Shown: positions 40,598 through 54,779, numbered from the stretch's first letter. The stretch is 64,000 nucleotides of DNA from the human T2T-CHM13v2.0 reference genome, Homo sapiens (GCF_009914755.1 NC_060925.1), one strand, 5' to 3'. The notes: generated by a model from the letters alone, not told the origin. Made by a program: numbers and translations.

Positions 40598-41369
40598 TAG
40601 GTACTGCTACCCAGTTTCCATAAGGAGGCTGGCACACAGGGAGAAGTCATGGGTCAACTGGTTGCCAAGTGTGGTGGGTGGTCACTCCCCTGGCCTCTTG
40701 AACCTCAAATCCCTCTGCAGCCTGGGCCCTGGCCACTTCATCCTCTCTCCTTAGCAGAGGCTGAGGAGCCTCAACTTTGTCTATTCCCTGTTTGTTTCAT
40801 AGAGACCATTTTGTTGAATGCTTTTATTATGTTGCCTGTTACACATCTGTTTTAAAAATCTGGATCAATATATCTGTTTTGGATTTCAAGCTGGTTAGGA
40901 TAATCTAAATCTCTATATGCATGTATAAACAGGCACCTCCAAAATTACATTTTTTGCACAATTATATTTGTAAAACCTTCAAAACAACTTAAAGACCTAA
41001 TACACAACTGCATTAGTGACTCAGTTAATAAACTTTGAGACAGCCATTGAATGGACAATCACGAAGGAAGTGAAAATGATGGTTATGAAGGTATCGTAAA
41101 TACTTATGACAGATGGGAAATACTTCTGACAGATACAATGTTAAATTTTAAAAGTACCATATAAAATTACACATATCACATGTCATGATTATGTAAAAAT
41201 TAGTATACACATGAAAAAACACACAGAAAAAAAGATGAAGAAAATATAGCTAAATGTTCTTAGAAGCTGTGTTTAACATAGTAAATATTAATGTATTGGA
41301 ATGACTTTTTTCCCTTTTTGTTTTAGTTTTTTTTCTATTTTTAAAATGGTTTCGGATTAGATTAATTTC

Positions 41370-41544
41370 TTTTTATTTCTTTTTTTTTCTTTTTTTAGAA
41401 ACAGGGACAGGGTCTCACTCTGTTGTCCAGGCTGGAGTGCAGTGGTGCAATCACAGCTCACTGTAACCCTGAACAAGCTCAAGCAATCCTCCCGCCTCAG
41501 CCTCCTGAATAGCTAGGACTATGCATGCACCACTATGCCCAGCC
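41370..41544 (-). mobile_element. FRAM or Alu right monomer
   Basis: Only the right arm is present, with J-like sequence. Confidence 0.8.
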
Positions 41545-41725
41545 AGGTTCATTTTATAATAAAAATATACGATTTATTTAGAATGCATTTTTTTCTGAAA
41601 ACAATAATGATGAATTTTAGCACAAGTTCACATAATTTGCGAACAGGCATACCACCTAATTGTTTATATAACACACCTATTCCCCCACTACCTTCCTGGG
41701 TCTGTGCAGTCTTTAAGAGGAAAGC

Positions 41726-42020
<295 letters not shown>

Positions 42021-42727
42021 CTACCATGGCAGAGGAGAGTCTCCATTGCTGGCTGTTGGCAAGATGCATTTTGTAGATCAAGCATTTTAGCCTTGTCTTA
42101 TACATTAGGAGGAGCAGAGATGTAAATATCTGAGTCTTTAGGCTTTCATACAAATTCTGCAAACGGAAAAGTCTTACCACTTCCTAAAGAAAGTGTTGTT
42201 CCTCAAATGTTCCCTGGACCTGGAGCCACTTGGTCAGTGAGCTCGAGATAAAAGCAGCCTATGATTTGAATGTGTCCTTTCTTCAGTGACCAGTGCCTGT
42301 GAGTACACCACAGCTCCCCCATCTTTGAGAGAACGCTGGCATCCTCACAGGGACATGCCAATTCGGAAGCAAGCCTTGAGGGCCACAGACACATCTACAA
42401 ATATGCTGGGAAGACATTATCTTTTAAGAAGCTTCCACTAGCCTTACTGCACCTCTGCCTCACCTGTGCCTGTCTTGGTTTTTAATAGGTGGTAAATGTC
42501 AAGAACAGAAAAGATTTACTCAATGGAAAACTTATACCTTCTCTCTCTCTTTTCACCTCTCTTTCTTTTCTTCCTTTCTCCCTTCCTTCCAAACACCCCC
42601 ACCCCAACACACACACACACACACGGTACAGTGCCAGGTACAGTGCCAAGCACTGAGCAAATAGGGTCAAATCAGATCTGACACAGGCTTCCCAGGAGCT
42701 AGAGATCTATACCTTCCCACTGAAAGG

Positions 42728-42860
42728 GTAGTGCTCAGACCAGCAGCACCAGCGTGGCCCAGAAGCTTGTTGAAAACACAGACTCTCAGGCCCCACCCTG
42801 GACCTGCTGACTTGGAATCTGGATTTCCACAGGCTCCTAAAAGTTTGAGATGCACTGGCC
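42728..42860 (+). mobile_element. MER5A hAT-Charlie MITE
   Basis: gaccagcagcaccagc...gcttgttgaaaacacagactctcaggccccaccctggacctgctga...aagtttgagatgcactgg. Confidence 0.7.
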
Positions 42861-44056
42861 TATAGGACTCTACAAGGGCAAGCCTAATTTCTTCTGAGTG
42901 CAGTTATGATAAGACCTTGGGCTGGCATTATTATTTGGCTTGCATGAACAATTTTAGCTTATATTTTACAAATATCACCTGGAATTGTAGGTGACTCTTA
43001 CAGGAATCACAGGCTAGGTCACAAGGACAGTGATTGCCTGTGGGTTTGGAAAGTCCTCCTTCCGGACCCCTCATCTGTGGGTATCTGTGGAGCGGGACAA
43101 CAGGGACAGGGACGGAGATCAGGGGAAAGAGGAAAGGGATATTAGCTTCTGTGGAGGAACAGACAGAAAAGAGGAGGAGTGTGGGATGAATGCATCCATA
43201 TGATAGTGATGTACCTGGACCTGAGAAAACAACGGTGGCAGAAATGCCCTCCTGGTGGCTGCGTCTGAGGAATACACCTTCCTCTCTGGCTCAAAAACCC
43301 AATGGCTCCCTGTGCTGTGCCTCCTGAACCCGTATAATGTGCCGCTCAGCACAAAGAGTCCTTCCAGGGCCCAGGAGCACGTGGGCAGGGGGACTGTGAG
43401 GGGGCAGGGACACGAGTGACTTCCACCTCTCTCTCCCAATGCTGCAGAACGAAGCGTTCTTGGGAGTTGCATACAACTTTTTTCTTTTTAGAAGAAATAA
43501 GTCTTATTTTTGCTAGGGTAAGCCTTCTTCTACCTAGATCAATTAAATTGGAAACAATGCACATTTCAGAAAGGATGCTTCAGGAATAAAAAAGATTTTA
43601 GAGTTAGGCTAGACACCTCCTGGGGGTTGTCCCAGACCTTACTGGCATCAAGTAGTGGAAAGGTGTTTCCAAATCAGGAGTTAGAGGCTAAGACCTACAG
43701 CCTCCCCCGAGTCTCCAGAATCTCCAGACACAGCCTTAAGCAGATCTCGTCATCACACAGGTCCTGTAGAGAGTACCTGTGATCTTTCCTTCCTTTCAGC
43801 CATCTGACTTTCTGCTGCATTGGGCAGAAACCAACTCTTGACGCTAGACGTTATCAGGAGGGAGAGGCATAGATGAAGATTTATATGTCTTCCTTCCATA
43901 GTAATTCACATGTACCAACAACATAAAGGCTTTTTTTTTTGCATGTGCAGATACAGTTCCAGTATAATTATTCTAGATGGAAATAAAACTAGTAAGTTTC
44001 TTTTCTCCTATGGTCTATGAAGAAACAATTTATAAGGTACCAATATCTCATATCTC

Positions 44057-44349
44057 TTTTTGTTGTTGTTTAGAGACAGGGTCTCTAAACGCAAACATTA
44101 CCGAGGTTGGAATGCAGTGGTACGGTCATGGCTCACTGCATCCTCCAACCCCGGGACTCAAGCAAGCCTCCCAAGTAGCTGGGACTACAGGTATGTGCCA
44201 CCATTCCTTCCTATTGTTTTTATTTTTTGTAGAGACAGGGTTTCCCCCTATGTTGCCCAGATTGGTCTTGAATGTCTTGCCTTAAGCAATCCTCCTACCT
44301 TGGCCTCCCAAAGTATTGGGATTACAGGTGTCAGCCACCGCATCTGGCC
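44057..44349 (-). mobile_element. AluJ (diverged)
   Basis: Antisense dimer. TSD-like aatatct(ca/tg)t on both flanks. Confidence 0.9.
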
Positions 44350-45366
44350 AATATCTTGTGTCTTAAGAGTTGTACTATTCAAACTATACACAGACCATCA
44401 AGAATCCATCAAAAGAGCCAAATGCAAGACAAAATTCCTAGGAAAATGGGACAAACTGGTATTGGAGAAGAAGTATCTGGGGCAAGGAGATAAAATCTCC
44501 TGAAAATTGTGTTGACATAAAATTGCAATACACCTAGTACCACTAGGAGGACAAACTACATGCTCTCTGAGGAATATGGCTGTTAGTCAACCTTCACTAT
44601 ACATGTGACCTGAGACCCACACTTCCCATTATGAAGGCAGAAAACCATATTACTTGCTAAAAATGGCTGTAGATTAAACTCATGATATCTTTTCTAGTAT
44701 GTATTGAAAAATGTTTGATCATTCTGTACCAGAGATTATAGATTCATGGCTCTACTCAAAGTTCTAGAAGGCTAATGAAAAGAGCCAAGTTTATCTATCA
44801 AAGGGAAATGAGAAAGATACTTTTTAAGAGGGTGGGCAACTCATGGTTCTTCAGGTACAAGTGAATATGCTTGTCCATTCATACTATACCTATCTTGATG
44901 AGGAATTAAGTTCTTGACAGAAAGATAACTTTTGTTTACACTGACACATTTTGGAAGATTCTCAAATGGAAAAATGTAACATAAACTAACACATTGGAGC
45001 AGGAGTTACCAGGGTCTTCTGCTATGGTTATCTGATGATAAATATTCATTTATCCATTTACAAACACTATGGAGCACAATGTTAATTACATTACTTTGGA
45101 CACAAGCAACCTAGACTCTCCCTTCTACTTAAAACAATAGTTTTCCATTGTCCTTAAATTAGAGTGAAACTCCTTAATTTGGCTGATAAGAACATCCAAA
45201 ATTTAGGATTGCTCCTTTCCCAATCCATCTCTTACCAACTTCCTTTATTTTCTCTTACCCAATCTAACGCATTTGTTTTCCTTTCTAGAGTGTGTGTCTG
45301 GCTTGGAGCAGATCCTCTCTCTGCCTGCATACCTCTGCCAATCATTTGGTTGACCAGTTAACTCCC

Positions 45367-45730
45367 TGTATTAGTCTGTTCTCACACTGGTAATAAAGAC
45401 ATACCCAAGACTGGGTAATGTATAAAGAAAGGAGGTTTAATGGACTCACAGTTCCACATGGCTGGGGAGGCCTCACAATTATGGTGGAAGGTGAATGAGG
45501 AGCAAAGTCACGTTTTACATGGTGACAGGCAAGAGAGCATGTGCATGGGAACTCCCTTTTATAAAACCATCACTTCTCGTGAGACTTATTCACTATCATG
45601 AGAACAACATGGGAAGAACCTGCCCCCATGATTCAATTAACTCCCACTGGGTCCCTCCCACGACACAAGGGGATTATGGGAGCTACAATTCAAGATGAGA
45701 TTTGGGTGGGGACACAGCCAAACCATATCA
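45367..45730 (-). mobile_element. THE1B MaLR solo LTR
   Basis: tgtattagtctgttctcacac...gacatacccaagactgggtaa...gagatttgggtggggacacagccaaaccatatca. TSD ctccc/ctcct. Confidence 0.92.
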
Positions 45731-46628
45731 CTCCTCCTCACCCTCCAGTCCCAACTCAAACATTTATTTACTCAGCAAGGCCTCTTGTGACTCCCTCTCA
45801 ATTAGGTGAGATGCTGTATTTTGTGCTCCCATGCTATGTTGTGAGCCTCCATCCTGGTTTCATCCCACTCGTGGTCTTTGTTTATTGCCCATTGGAGCAG
45901 GTTGGGCTCCTCTCAGCTGAACCCATGAGTGGGGCAGCTTCTTTTAAAATGACCACGGTCCTGGCTGGCACTGGGACTGGCCCACATAATGCAAATGCCA
46001 ATCAAGACAAGGGACTGTGGGAACAACCTGAGAGACATCAGCGGTGGACAGAATAGTTTTTGTCTTTTGGGATTTCATCCTCTCTTATAAGGATGGGAAA
46101 CACACCCTTTAAAAGGTGAAAAGCATGAATGTGCTAAGTAGCAAAAGGCACAGTGAGTGTCTAGAGGTGGGAGACTGTCTGTCTGCACTTGGGGGCCTGC
46201 AGAAAGCTGGATGAAGAATTTAGTATTCGTGCTGATTACAGGACAGGTGGAATTTCTACGGCAAGACTCGGTGGATGCCCAGAGGCCCGTGTGGCCGGGT
46301 CAGTTAGAAGCAAAGTCTGCGAGGCACAAAAACCTGAAACTTGTGCCAAGAATAGACAATCTCATATTTTGCAGAGTTCATAGGCAGTTAGACATTGATT
46401 TTTTTTTTACAAAGAGGAATTGAGTCTAAATATTTTAAAGACTTTTTCATCTAAGGTAACTCTGAGGGCATGTGAATAATGCAAGAATCGAGTTTAGGCT
46501 TCCTGTCTCTGTATTCTCTGGAAAGTTTATTTGATATCTTAGTTTTCCCTCATGCTCCTCCAGAATAATTCTCGAATATGTATTAAAAGTCCATGACACA
46601 GCAGATAGCCATCTGGCCTCTGAGCCCA

Positions 46629-46696
46629 GTGTGTTTGTGCGTGCGTGTGTGCATGCATGCGTGTGTGTGTATGTGTGAGTGCACACGAGTGTGTTT
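46629..46696. repeat. Imperfect (TG)n/(TGCG)/(TGCA) alternating tract
   Basis: Read directly. Confidence 0.85.
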
Positions 46697-48500
46697 GAAC
46701 ACATTGAGATGGAAGGGAGAACAGAGCGAGTGAGTTGTATTTCCAAAGATGGGCAGTGTCTCAGTTCTGACGTGGTCACAACTTTGTGGGGCTGGAGGAG
46801 TGCATTACCCTACCGGTGATATCTTAAGCCAGGATTCCCTTTCACCCACTGCAGACAGAGCATAAAAATATCACGGGCAGGCAACTTTCCCAAACAGGGA
46901 GAGGCAATTCACTATCATGGACAATGTTGTCTATTGAAATAAAAACAAACTGGGGGCAGGAAGGTTGAACTTAACTGAATGTTTTACCCCAGGTACTTGG
47001 AAGGGCAACAGTGCCAAGGTACCTCTGGGAAACCTAGAGGGCCAAGGTGACATCTCACATCCACCCACAGGTGAAGTTCTCCCATTCCTCCCCAGGAGGC
47101 TCTGGGGCCAGCCCAGCAGCTGACATCCCCAGGCCCAGGCGGGCCCCTCTCCAACAGACCCCCTCCCTGTCCTCCCTCACCGGTCCCACCCCCTTCCTGC
47201 CACAGCCACTGAGGCTCCTTATCCGCTCCTCAACCAGCCTTATTTTCGAGCTACCCAAAAATAACAACATTTGATACGATGGCTCGGAAAGCTTTGGCTG
47301 GGGTCATGTTTCCAAATTCTTGACTCAAGTATTGTAAATGAGAACTACTTTTTTTTTTTTCCAGTCAGGCTATTTTTTCCCTCTTTTTTTTTTTCTCTTG
47401 AGATGTTGGGCGAACCCCAACCAAGGAATCAGTGCTTAATGGGTCACAGGGTATAAATAGTAGTGTTGAGACCATAACAGAAGGCTCTTTGTACTATCAT
47501 GCAACTGAACCTCAAAAAAAAAAAGCTTCCAAACAGACCAGCATGGGGCTCTGTGGGGGCGTCTAGCATTGCTGAGCACAAGCTATATTCTATATTTGTC
47601 CACTCCAACATTCCACTACCGATATCTATTTATGGCTTTGCCATGTACACAGGATACCCTATTCATTAAATATATGCTCAAAAATGTCAGTCCGTATATA
47701 TTTTTGTGCTGCTCATAGTTCACAGACATACACTAAGCAAATCCAGTGTGATCTGGATCGCCGGGCTCATGCTCTCAGCCCCTAGCTCTGTAGTCCTTGT
47801 TCTTGTTCACATGCAGCAAGGTTTTCTCATCCATAAAATGGGGATAAATGTGCCTGTTCCCTAGAAGTTGGCTCTAAGTGATATGTGGCACTGCTTTGAA
47901 AATTAAGAGACAAAAATCTGTGGGCTTCTTTCGCTTTGAGGCACTCTTTAAATATGAGCTATTATCCTAATTAAACTAAATTTTCATCATGGGGTCAGTT
48001 TCCTGATGAAGTTAAATGGGATGATCCAAAGTCTCTATTAATTTGCTACCAGTCATTGTATTTGGAGACCCTGGGGGATCCTGAAAATTGATTAATTATG
48101 ACAGGCCTGATGGTATATTTCTGGGTGATTATGGCAAGCCTTGGATGGTATTATTAGGGATGCCCATTTTTATGTGACAGTGAAATTCATAGGCTTTAAC
48201 AGAAGTACTATCATCCCACTAGCAGGGACCAGGCTGAAGGGCATGTGACTTAGCAACTGACAAGTGCAATAATTCTCAGAATTTTGTGGCCCAGAATTTG
48301 CGCCGGCTACTAAGAACCGGGAGTTTAGAAACAGAAAGTTCAGGTTACAAGCCTACTGGGCAGGAGCTCAAACTCCTGGTTCTGGCAACAGGTCCCGGGC
48401 ACTCGGGGGTGGGCCAAGGTTCTGACCATTCAGTGTCCTATGTTTAAATTGTGAGACTGTAAGCAAAAAGAAAAAAAAATTATTGGAAGGGTTCTCTTAC

Positions 48501-48631
48501 CTTTTGGAGACAGTAAAATAAAAATCTCCTTTGGCAAAGGGCCTCTTTCTTCTGTGGGCTCTCCTACAGGGCAGCACTGACCTCTGGTCTGCCATGACCC
48601 CACCTCTCCAGCTGCCCACACATCCATCTTC

Positions 48632-48670
<39 letters not shown>

Positions 48671-48700
48671 TGTGCGTGCGCGTGTGCGCCGTTGGAGGGT
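48501..48700 (-). other. Second candidate minus-strand first exon
   Basis: Consensus donor AAG|GTAAGA at 48501/48500. Strong-Kozak ATG (gtcATGG, 48595) stays open to the donor (MADQRSVLPCRRAHRRKRPFAKGDFYFTVSK). Preceded by (CA)n and a C-rich patch. Confidence 0.3.
48634..48689 (+). repeat. (TG)n microsatellite with TGCG/CGCG tail
   Basis: Read directly. Confidence 0.95.
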
Positions 48701-50639
48701 GGGGGAAGGAGGGAGTATATTCTTGTTCAAATTGCCAGATTAACCAGAAAATTAGCAGGAAGACAAGGCAGCAAAGTGAAAACTATTCTGTACAGTAGAG
48801 GTTCTTCATAGATCATTCGACCTATTAATGAAGTTACCATTTCAGCAGCAGGTATTTGAGTTGAGTTGCCAGGGGAGAGAAGGAAAGAAGGGTATAGGCA
48901 ACGCTGCTTAGTCCTCGAACTCACACGGAACATGGAGAGCTACATTCTTAGTAATACCAGGGATCGTGCAGTGAGCATTTCCTAGGCAGCAGACACAGTA
49001 CAACACACTTTACATAGCTCATCTCATTCAATATGTACAAAGTCCCTATGAGACTGGTACTAGCTTATGCCCAGTCTACAAAGGGAACAGAGACTCAGAA
49101 ACTAATTTGTTCAGGATTAAATAGTGAATCACGTTGTGGACACATAATTCAAATCCATTTTTTTTTTTAATGCCCAAACCTGGGCTGTTAGCAACTTTGC
49201 TAAGCTTCATTCCTTTTCCTGCACCTCTCCCTAAGCCTGCAGCCATGCATCTAGGACTCAGGGATATCTCTGGGTGGGGGTAGAGGTGAAGTCAGGCAGA
49301 AGTGTCAGGGATGAAATGTCACAGTGTTATTATAGACCTAAGGACTGGCCCTAGAGGAGGGGGCTCCCATCTCCTGGCTCCTTTCCAAGCTGGTAAGAGC
49401 CTGGCAGTCATGCTGGAGAGACAGGGGGGACATCTAAGCTGCTGAATGGAGTTCAAGTCTCCACCATCAGGGAAAGTTCTTCTCTCAGGGTCTTCCTTGC
49501 TTTCTCCTTGGACCCAATCTGTCCGCAGGAAGCAGAATTGCTGGAGAGCTTGCCTTTAATTGATGCTTGGTGCTTAAAAGAATGGTATCTGGCCCGCAGC
49601 CAGGAACCTCTGCGGGGAGATGTGAGCTTACTCTCTGGAGTCCTCTCTCTCTATGGCATCAATTGATGAAAATAAAATCTGCATTTCGTGACATTACTAT
49701 ATACCCATGAAATAGGATTTAAAAGGGTCCTGATTGGTGAAAATAAAAATGAGTCAGTTCTCATTTGCTCAGTTTTACCCTTCAATTCAAAAAGCCTGTG
49801 CTCTGTATCTTAGCCTCTCAGAGGCCACACCAGATTCTTGTACGGTCTGCTCAGCCTCCTCAAACTGCTGTGACAACAGCCCTGGATTCTCGGATACACT
49901 GACACATGTTTCTAACCCTCAATCCTGCCACCCTCTGCTTTTGCTCCTCCTGCTGAGAATTCCCAAGGGAAGAGCTCTGAGATCTTGACCCTCTTCAATC
50001 CCAGTTCAACACAACATCCCTTTGGTTAATTTCTGAGAAAATATCCCAAGTGGTTATTTCAGATAGTTTTCTTGGACTTACTGCTTCTGTCTTGAGTTCT
50101 GAAAGTCTGCGTATCTGTGCCCTCCTGTGTAGGCTGGGAGCTTCTTGAGGGCCTGGCTTCTTTCTTTTTGCCCTGGCACCCAGCATAGTGCCTGGTGCAT
50201 GTGAATGATAAATCACGCGTGTCGAATGCATGAGTCAGTGGGGGAATGAATGGAAAAGCACTGCTTGGACAGCACAAATACAAAAACGGATCTACAGACT
50301 ACATAACCAAAAGACTTCTCTACACACACATCCTGAGCACCAAGGAAACTTCTGTTTGGGCTGCTGACCATGAAATCTACTCTGCTTAGTTGCTGTGTTC
50401 ATCTTCGTCCTCCAGTCTGGACTCTCAGTCTCCCTGACCCAGAACTCCTCGGCCCCAGCTCTGCTCAGCCCGACCTGGACCCTCGGCAACCTGGTCCGTT
50501 TCCTGTCTGATGTTCTTTAACATCACCCACTACCACTCTTGGCCAACTCTGGAGGTAGGGGGAGGAGAGGAAGATCTTCTTCTGCCTTGCGGCATGTCCC
50601 GGCATAACAGAAAGTCATTCTTATATGCTCATCTAGGCA

Positions 50640-51350
50640 TTTAGACTTCTTCCAAGATTGGGTGGTGCTTCCATTCTCATAAACGACCCACATTTGCAAC
50701 CTTGGAGTCATCGTTGAAGCCCCCTTCTTGTCCATGCCCTTAAACAGGTCAGATTCTGAGTCGTATCAGCCCCTTCTTTGAAATGTCTCATCTGCTCCTT
50801 CTCTGCTGCCATCCTGGTCCAGTTGCTCAGAATTGGGTTATCTTACTGGCCTGTTGGCAGCCTTAATCCTATCCCCGCCTTGTTCCAGGGTCAGCTGCCT
50901 GACTTGCCACTGTCATCATGGGCCACACTGAATTCTTGGCCCCTCCCTGTGCATGAGTTTCTGGGCCCCTGGAAGTTTCATCTTATCCTATTTACTTCCC
51001 ATCACGTAGACAGTCCTTCATGCTTCCCAAAATATAGGATGCTAATTTCTGTCTCTTTGTCCCACCGCTCATGTCCCTCCTCTCAGGTCTCACTTGAGTC
51101 TGTCTTCTCCATGAAAACTTCCTTTTCCCTTTCACTCCCCTCTGTAACCACCATGCACCCCTAATCCAAATCCTACCGCTCCACACCTGCATGCGTACTA
51201 TCTTACACTGGGTTCATAATTGAGTGTGCATTAGCTTGAAATTGCCAAATAGGCTCATAAGTTCTTTGGGAACAGAATGTGAATCTTAACTTGTGTTTCT
51301 CGCGGTACCTGCTGGAGAGAAGAACTTACATATTATTATGCTTGGGTTCA
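50640..51350 (+). mobile_element. Degenerate L2 fragment(s)
   Basis: aaccttggagtcatcgttga...ctctgctgccatcctggtccag...cataagttctttgggaacagaa. Confidence 0.5.
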
Positions 51351-51703
51351 TGATTGACTAACCTTTGCTGAAGAAAATTGGGGAAAGTGTTAGTTCACAA
51401 ACATTATACATATTTTGCTTGGGAAAAATGAGGGCTTGCAATGGGGATTTTGTTGACATTGGCTGCTGCTGCTACTTTCATTTCTGCTTTTTCCTTCTTC
51501 TTCTCTTTCTCCTTTTCCTTCGTGTTAATCAAATCTCTCTCTCTCTCTCCAGTCCTTTTGCTGTAGGCTATAAGACTGTTGGATCATAATAACAATCTAA
51601 AATCTCCAGTACCACACACGTAGGAGGCACACAATAAATGTTTGTCAAATGACTTAATCCATGAAATATTTTATATCTAGAATCCTTAAAATCCCATAGC
51701 AGT

Positions 51704-52003
<300 letters not shown>

Positions 52004-54224
52004 AAAATCCCATAGTGGTTAAGCCAAATACCTCCTTTGTTTTTAATTCCTAAACCCAGAGCTTTCAATGTTTGAGTATCCTAAGCACTACATCCATTTC
52101 TATGTGTTTCTCTATTCGCTCCTCTTTCTTCCACTTCTATTCTGCTCTATCCAATTTTCTGCTATCCTCTTAACAGTGATTATTTGGCTTTCAAAACATC
52201 CTCTCATGAAATAAAGTTCCATGATTATTAATTGCAATTGTTGGACATTATCATATTTGCTATAGCAAGAGATAATCCATGAAGATTAATCAGTGTGAAA
52301 TGTGCAATTTATGAAATGACCTTTATATACCCTAAGGAAAAAAAATTAACACATTAATAGAGATGAGTTTGCTGGTGCATTTGTTACTAGACTCTCCAAA
52401 GGTGATCATACATATTTCTAGAAATCACCTTGCCTTCGGAATTGGAGCCCCAGATTCAAGGTATGTGTGGTCTCTCATGTTTCCCCTAAACCACACTGTA
52501 TTGAATTTGAATAATCAACCTGCATGTATAACGGGGCTGTCAATGAGAGTTAATTAATAATGTCACATGGCAGGACATTGCATGTTGTTGAATCACACTG
52601 CTACCTGCCACAGTAGAACTGAGGGACCTATGTGAGTGCCCCTTGAGAAAACCTAAATAAAAATCAGGAAGAGGAAATAGAAATATTCCATTGACTATTT
52701 AGGTCCATGCATAGATAGTATGTATTTTAAAACTAAATAATTTATGTTTTCTTTGTGATAGCGATTCCACATTTTATTCAGCATAGCAATCATGACAATT
52801 GATTCATAAAAGCAACATTGCCCAATCAATGGACTAGAAATACAGTCACTGTGAATATAAATTCTTTCCTCTTCTAACGATCCCAAGCTAATCATTTCAG
52901 CTCTTCTGGCTCGTTTTCCTGATTAAACCAGGAGAATAAAGACAACAGTAACATGTGACTCCTACATTAGCAAGCTAAGCATGAAGAATGAGTATAAACC
53001 CGTCTGTAAGCAAAGGGGTTTGGGGGATTTGTATAATCCATTCCATGGCACGTCTTAACTAATATTCCCTGTACTGATAAGGCCAAAAAAAAAAATGTAA
53101 CTCTCAAATAGCAAAAAGAAGAAAATGGGATTAGAGTTAGATCAGCTTCACTTTATAACTATAAATAATTTAAAGCAAGTCGCTCGGCTTTGCCTCAGTT
53201 TTCTGTTCTGTAAAAGTGTTTCTTAGAGGCGGTTATGAGGATTAAATGACCCGACAGAGGCAAAACAGCTTTGTAAACCATAAATCATTTTGTTCGGAGT
53301 CAACAGGATGACTTTTTCCCCTCACACAATTTAGAATTATGTACCTGTTGAGGTAGCAACGCCCTCGTTTAATCCCAGCCATGTTTGGTCCCCAAATGCC
53401 TCTCTCACTCGCCCAGAGTGATACTGAGGCCACAAAAAGCTCTGCTGTTTTTTTTTTCTCGTGGTCTTTCTCAATTCCAACGTGGTACACAGGTACCTGG
53501 CGTGTGTCTGCTCAGACAGTGGATGGCCCTTGTTCAAAGACTGATGGGAACACCTAGTGTACGAGGTGGCGCCGGGGCCGCCCACACCAACAGGCCGTGT
53601 GCTCCCATCTCACTGTGCACGAGGAACCGGTGTGCTTTTCGGCCAGGCTGCATCACCCTCCCTCCCTTGGCTTTCTGTGTGACGTGCCTGTGCCAGAGAC
53701 TGCAGTGGCAGCACAGTAAAGAGGGAAGAGGCCTAGACAGAGGGCGGGGTGGAGGAGGCATTTTACAACTTGCTAAGATGTGTCTTCCCACCTCAGTTGT
53801 TGGTTTTTTAAACAAAAACAAACTACAGATCAAAAATCTCAAAGAACCCCCTCTTCTGGGCTGCCCCAACTTGTCTCTAAGCCACCTTCTTCCTTCATTC
53901 TTTGTCCCTGCCAAGCCACTAATCAGAACAGCGTGAATCATGCACCTCAGCTCTGGGTGGCTCCCAGCAACATCCCAGATCCCGCAGTTGTAAAGCCAGC
54001 TGCTAGGAGTTTAATCCTGTTGAGGTGAGCACTCCCTGTGTCAGAGGGAGGGGCAAACAGATCAGGGACAAGGACATCTGAAGTGAGCACATGTCCACCA
54101 GCCACGACCCCACTCTGCCATGCTGTACTGATACTGCCCTGATATCCACACAGGGAACACCCTTCTTTCCAGGCAGCCCTGCTTTGGAGGCTGATGTGGA
54201 GTACTAAGTTTATCTCCCAATATC

Positions 54225-54736
54225 CAGGCCATTCCTCAGCCACTGTGCAGCAACCATTTATTGTGGTGGGACTGATCCTACTCCCAATTGCAGGGAAAGA
54301 CTCCTAACTAGATGCCAGTCAGGGCAATCCCATGCCTTTGCCCTGGGATTGGTTAGGGCATGGGCAGACCTGAGCCAATCAGAGCAGAGCTTTTCCTTGC
54401 CCACGATGATGATGTCGGGACTGAGCCAATCAGAGGGAAGCTTGGGACTTGTTCTAAAAGGAATGCTCTGCCCTCTTTCCTCTTGGATGTGAAAGAGAAA
54501 GTGCATCATCCTGTAAGCAGGAGGGAAGCCTGCCTGAAGATAGTATCAACATAGTGAAGGTACAGACACGAGAATCAGAGAGAGAAGATGCTTAAACCTT
54601 AAGCAAGTCAGACCTAGGGTCTACCTGACTGTAGATTTTATTAGTTCCCAGAGCCATTAAGTTCCCTTTATAGTTTAAGCCTATTTGAGTAGGATTTTCT
54701 GTGATTTTTGCCCTTGAAAGCATCGCAACTGGTAGA
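54225..54736 (+). mobile_element. Old MaLR LTR (MLT1K/MLT1L-like)
   Basis: gattggttagggcatgggca...gagccaatcagag...agccattaagttccctttatagtttaagcctatttgagtaggattttctg. Confidence 0.6.
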
Positions 54737-54779
54737 GGCGTCATTGTCTGGGGATGGAAAAGGAAACTTGGAAAGTGGC

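Noticed and set aside
47452-47460. TATAAATAG TATA box on the plus strand
   Set aside because: Isolated motif with no supporting exon or promoter structure.
53556-53574. CTCF-like AGGTGGCGC
   Set aside because: Lacks the conserved CC in the 5' half of the motif, so too weak to call.
53385-53936. 183-aa ORF with an overlapping antisense ORF
   Set aside because: No domain similarity. It overlaps a GC-rich regulatory-like patch where stop codons are scarce.
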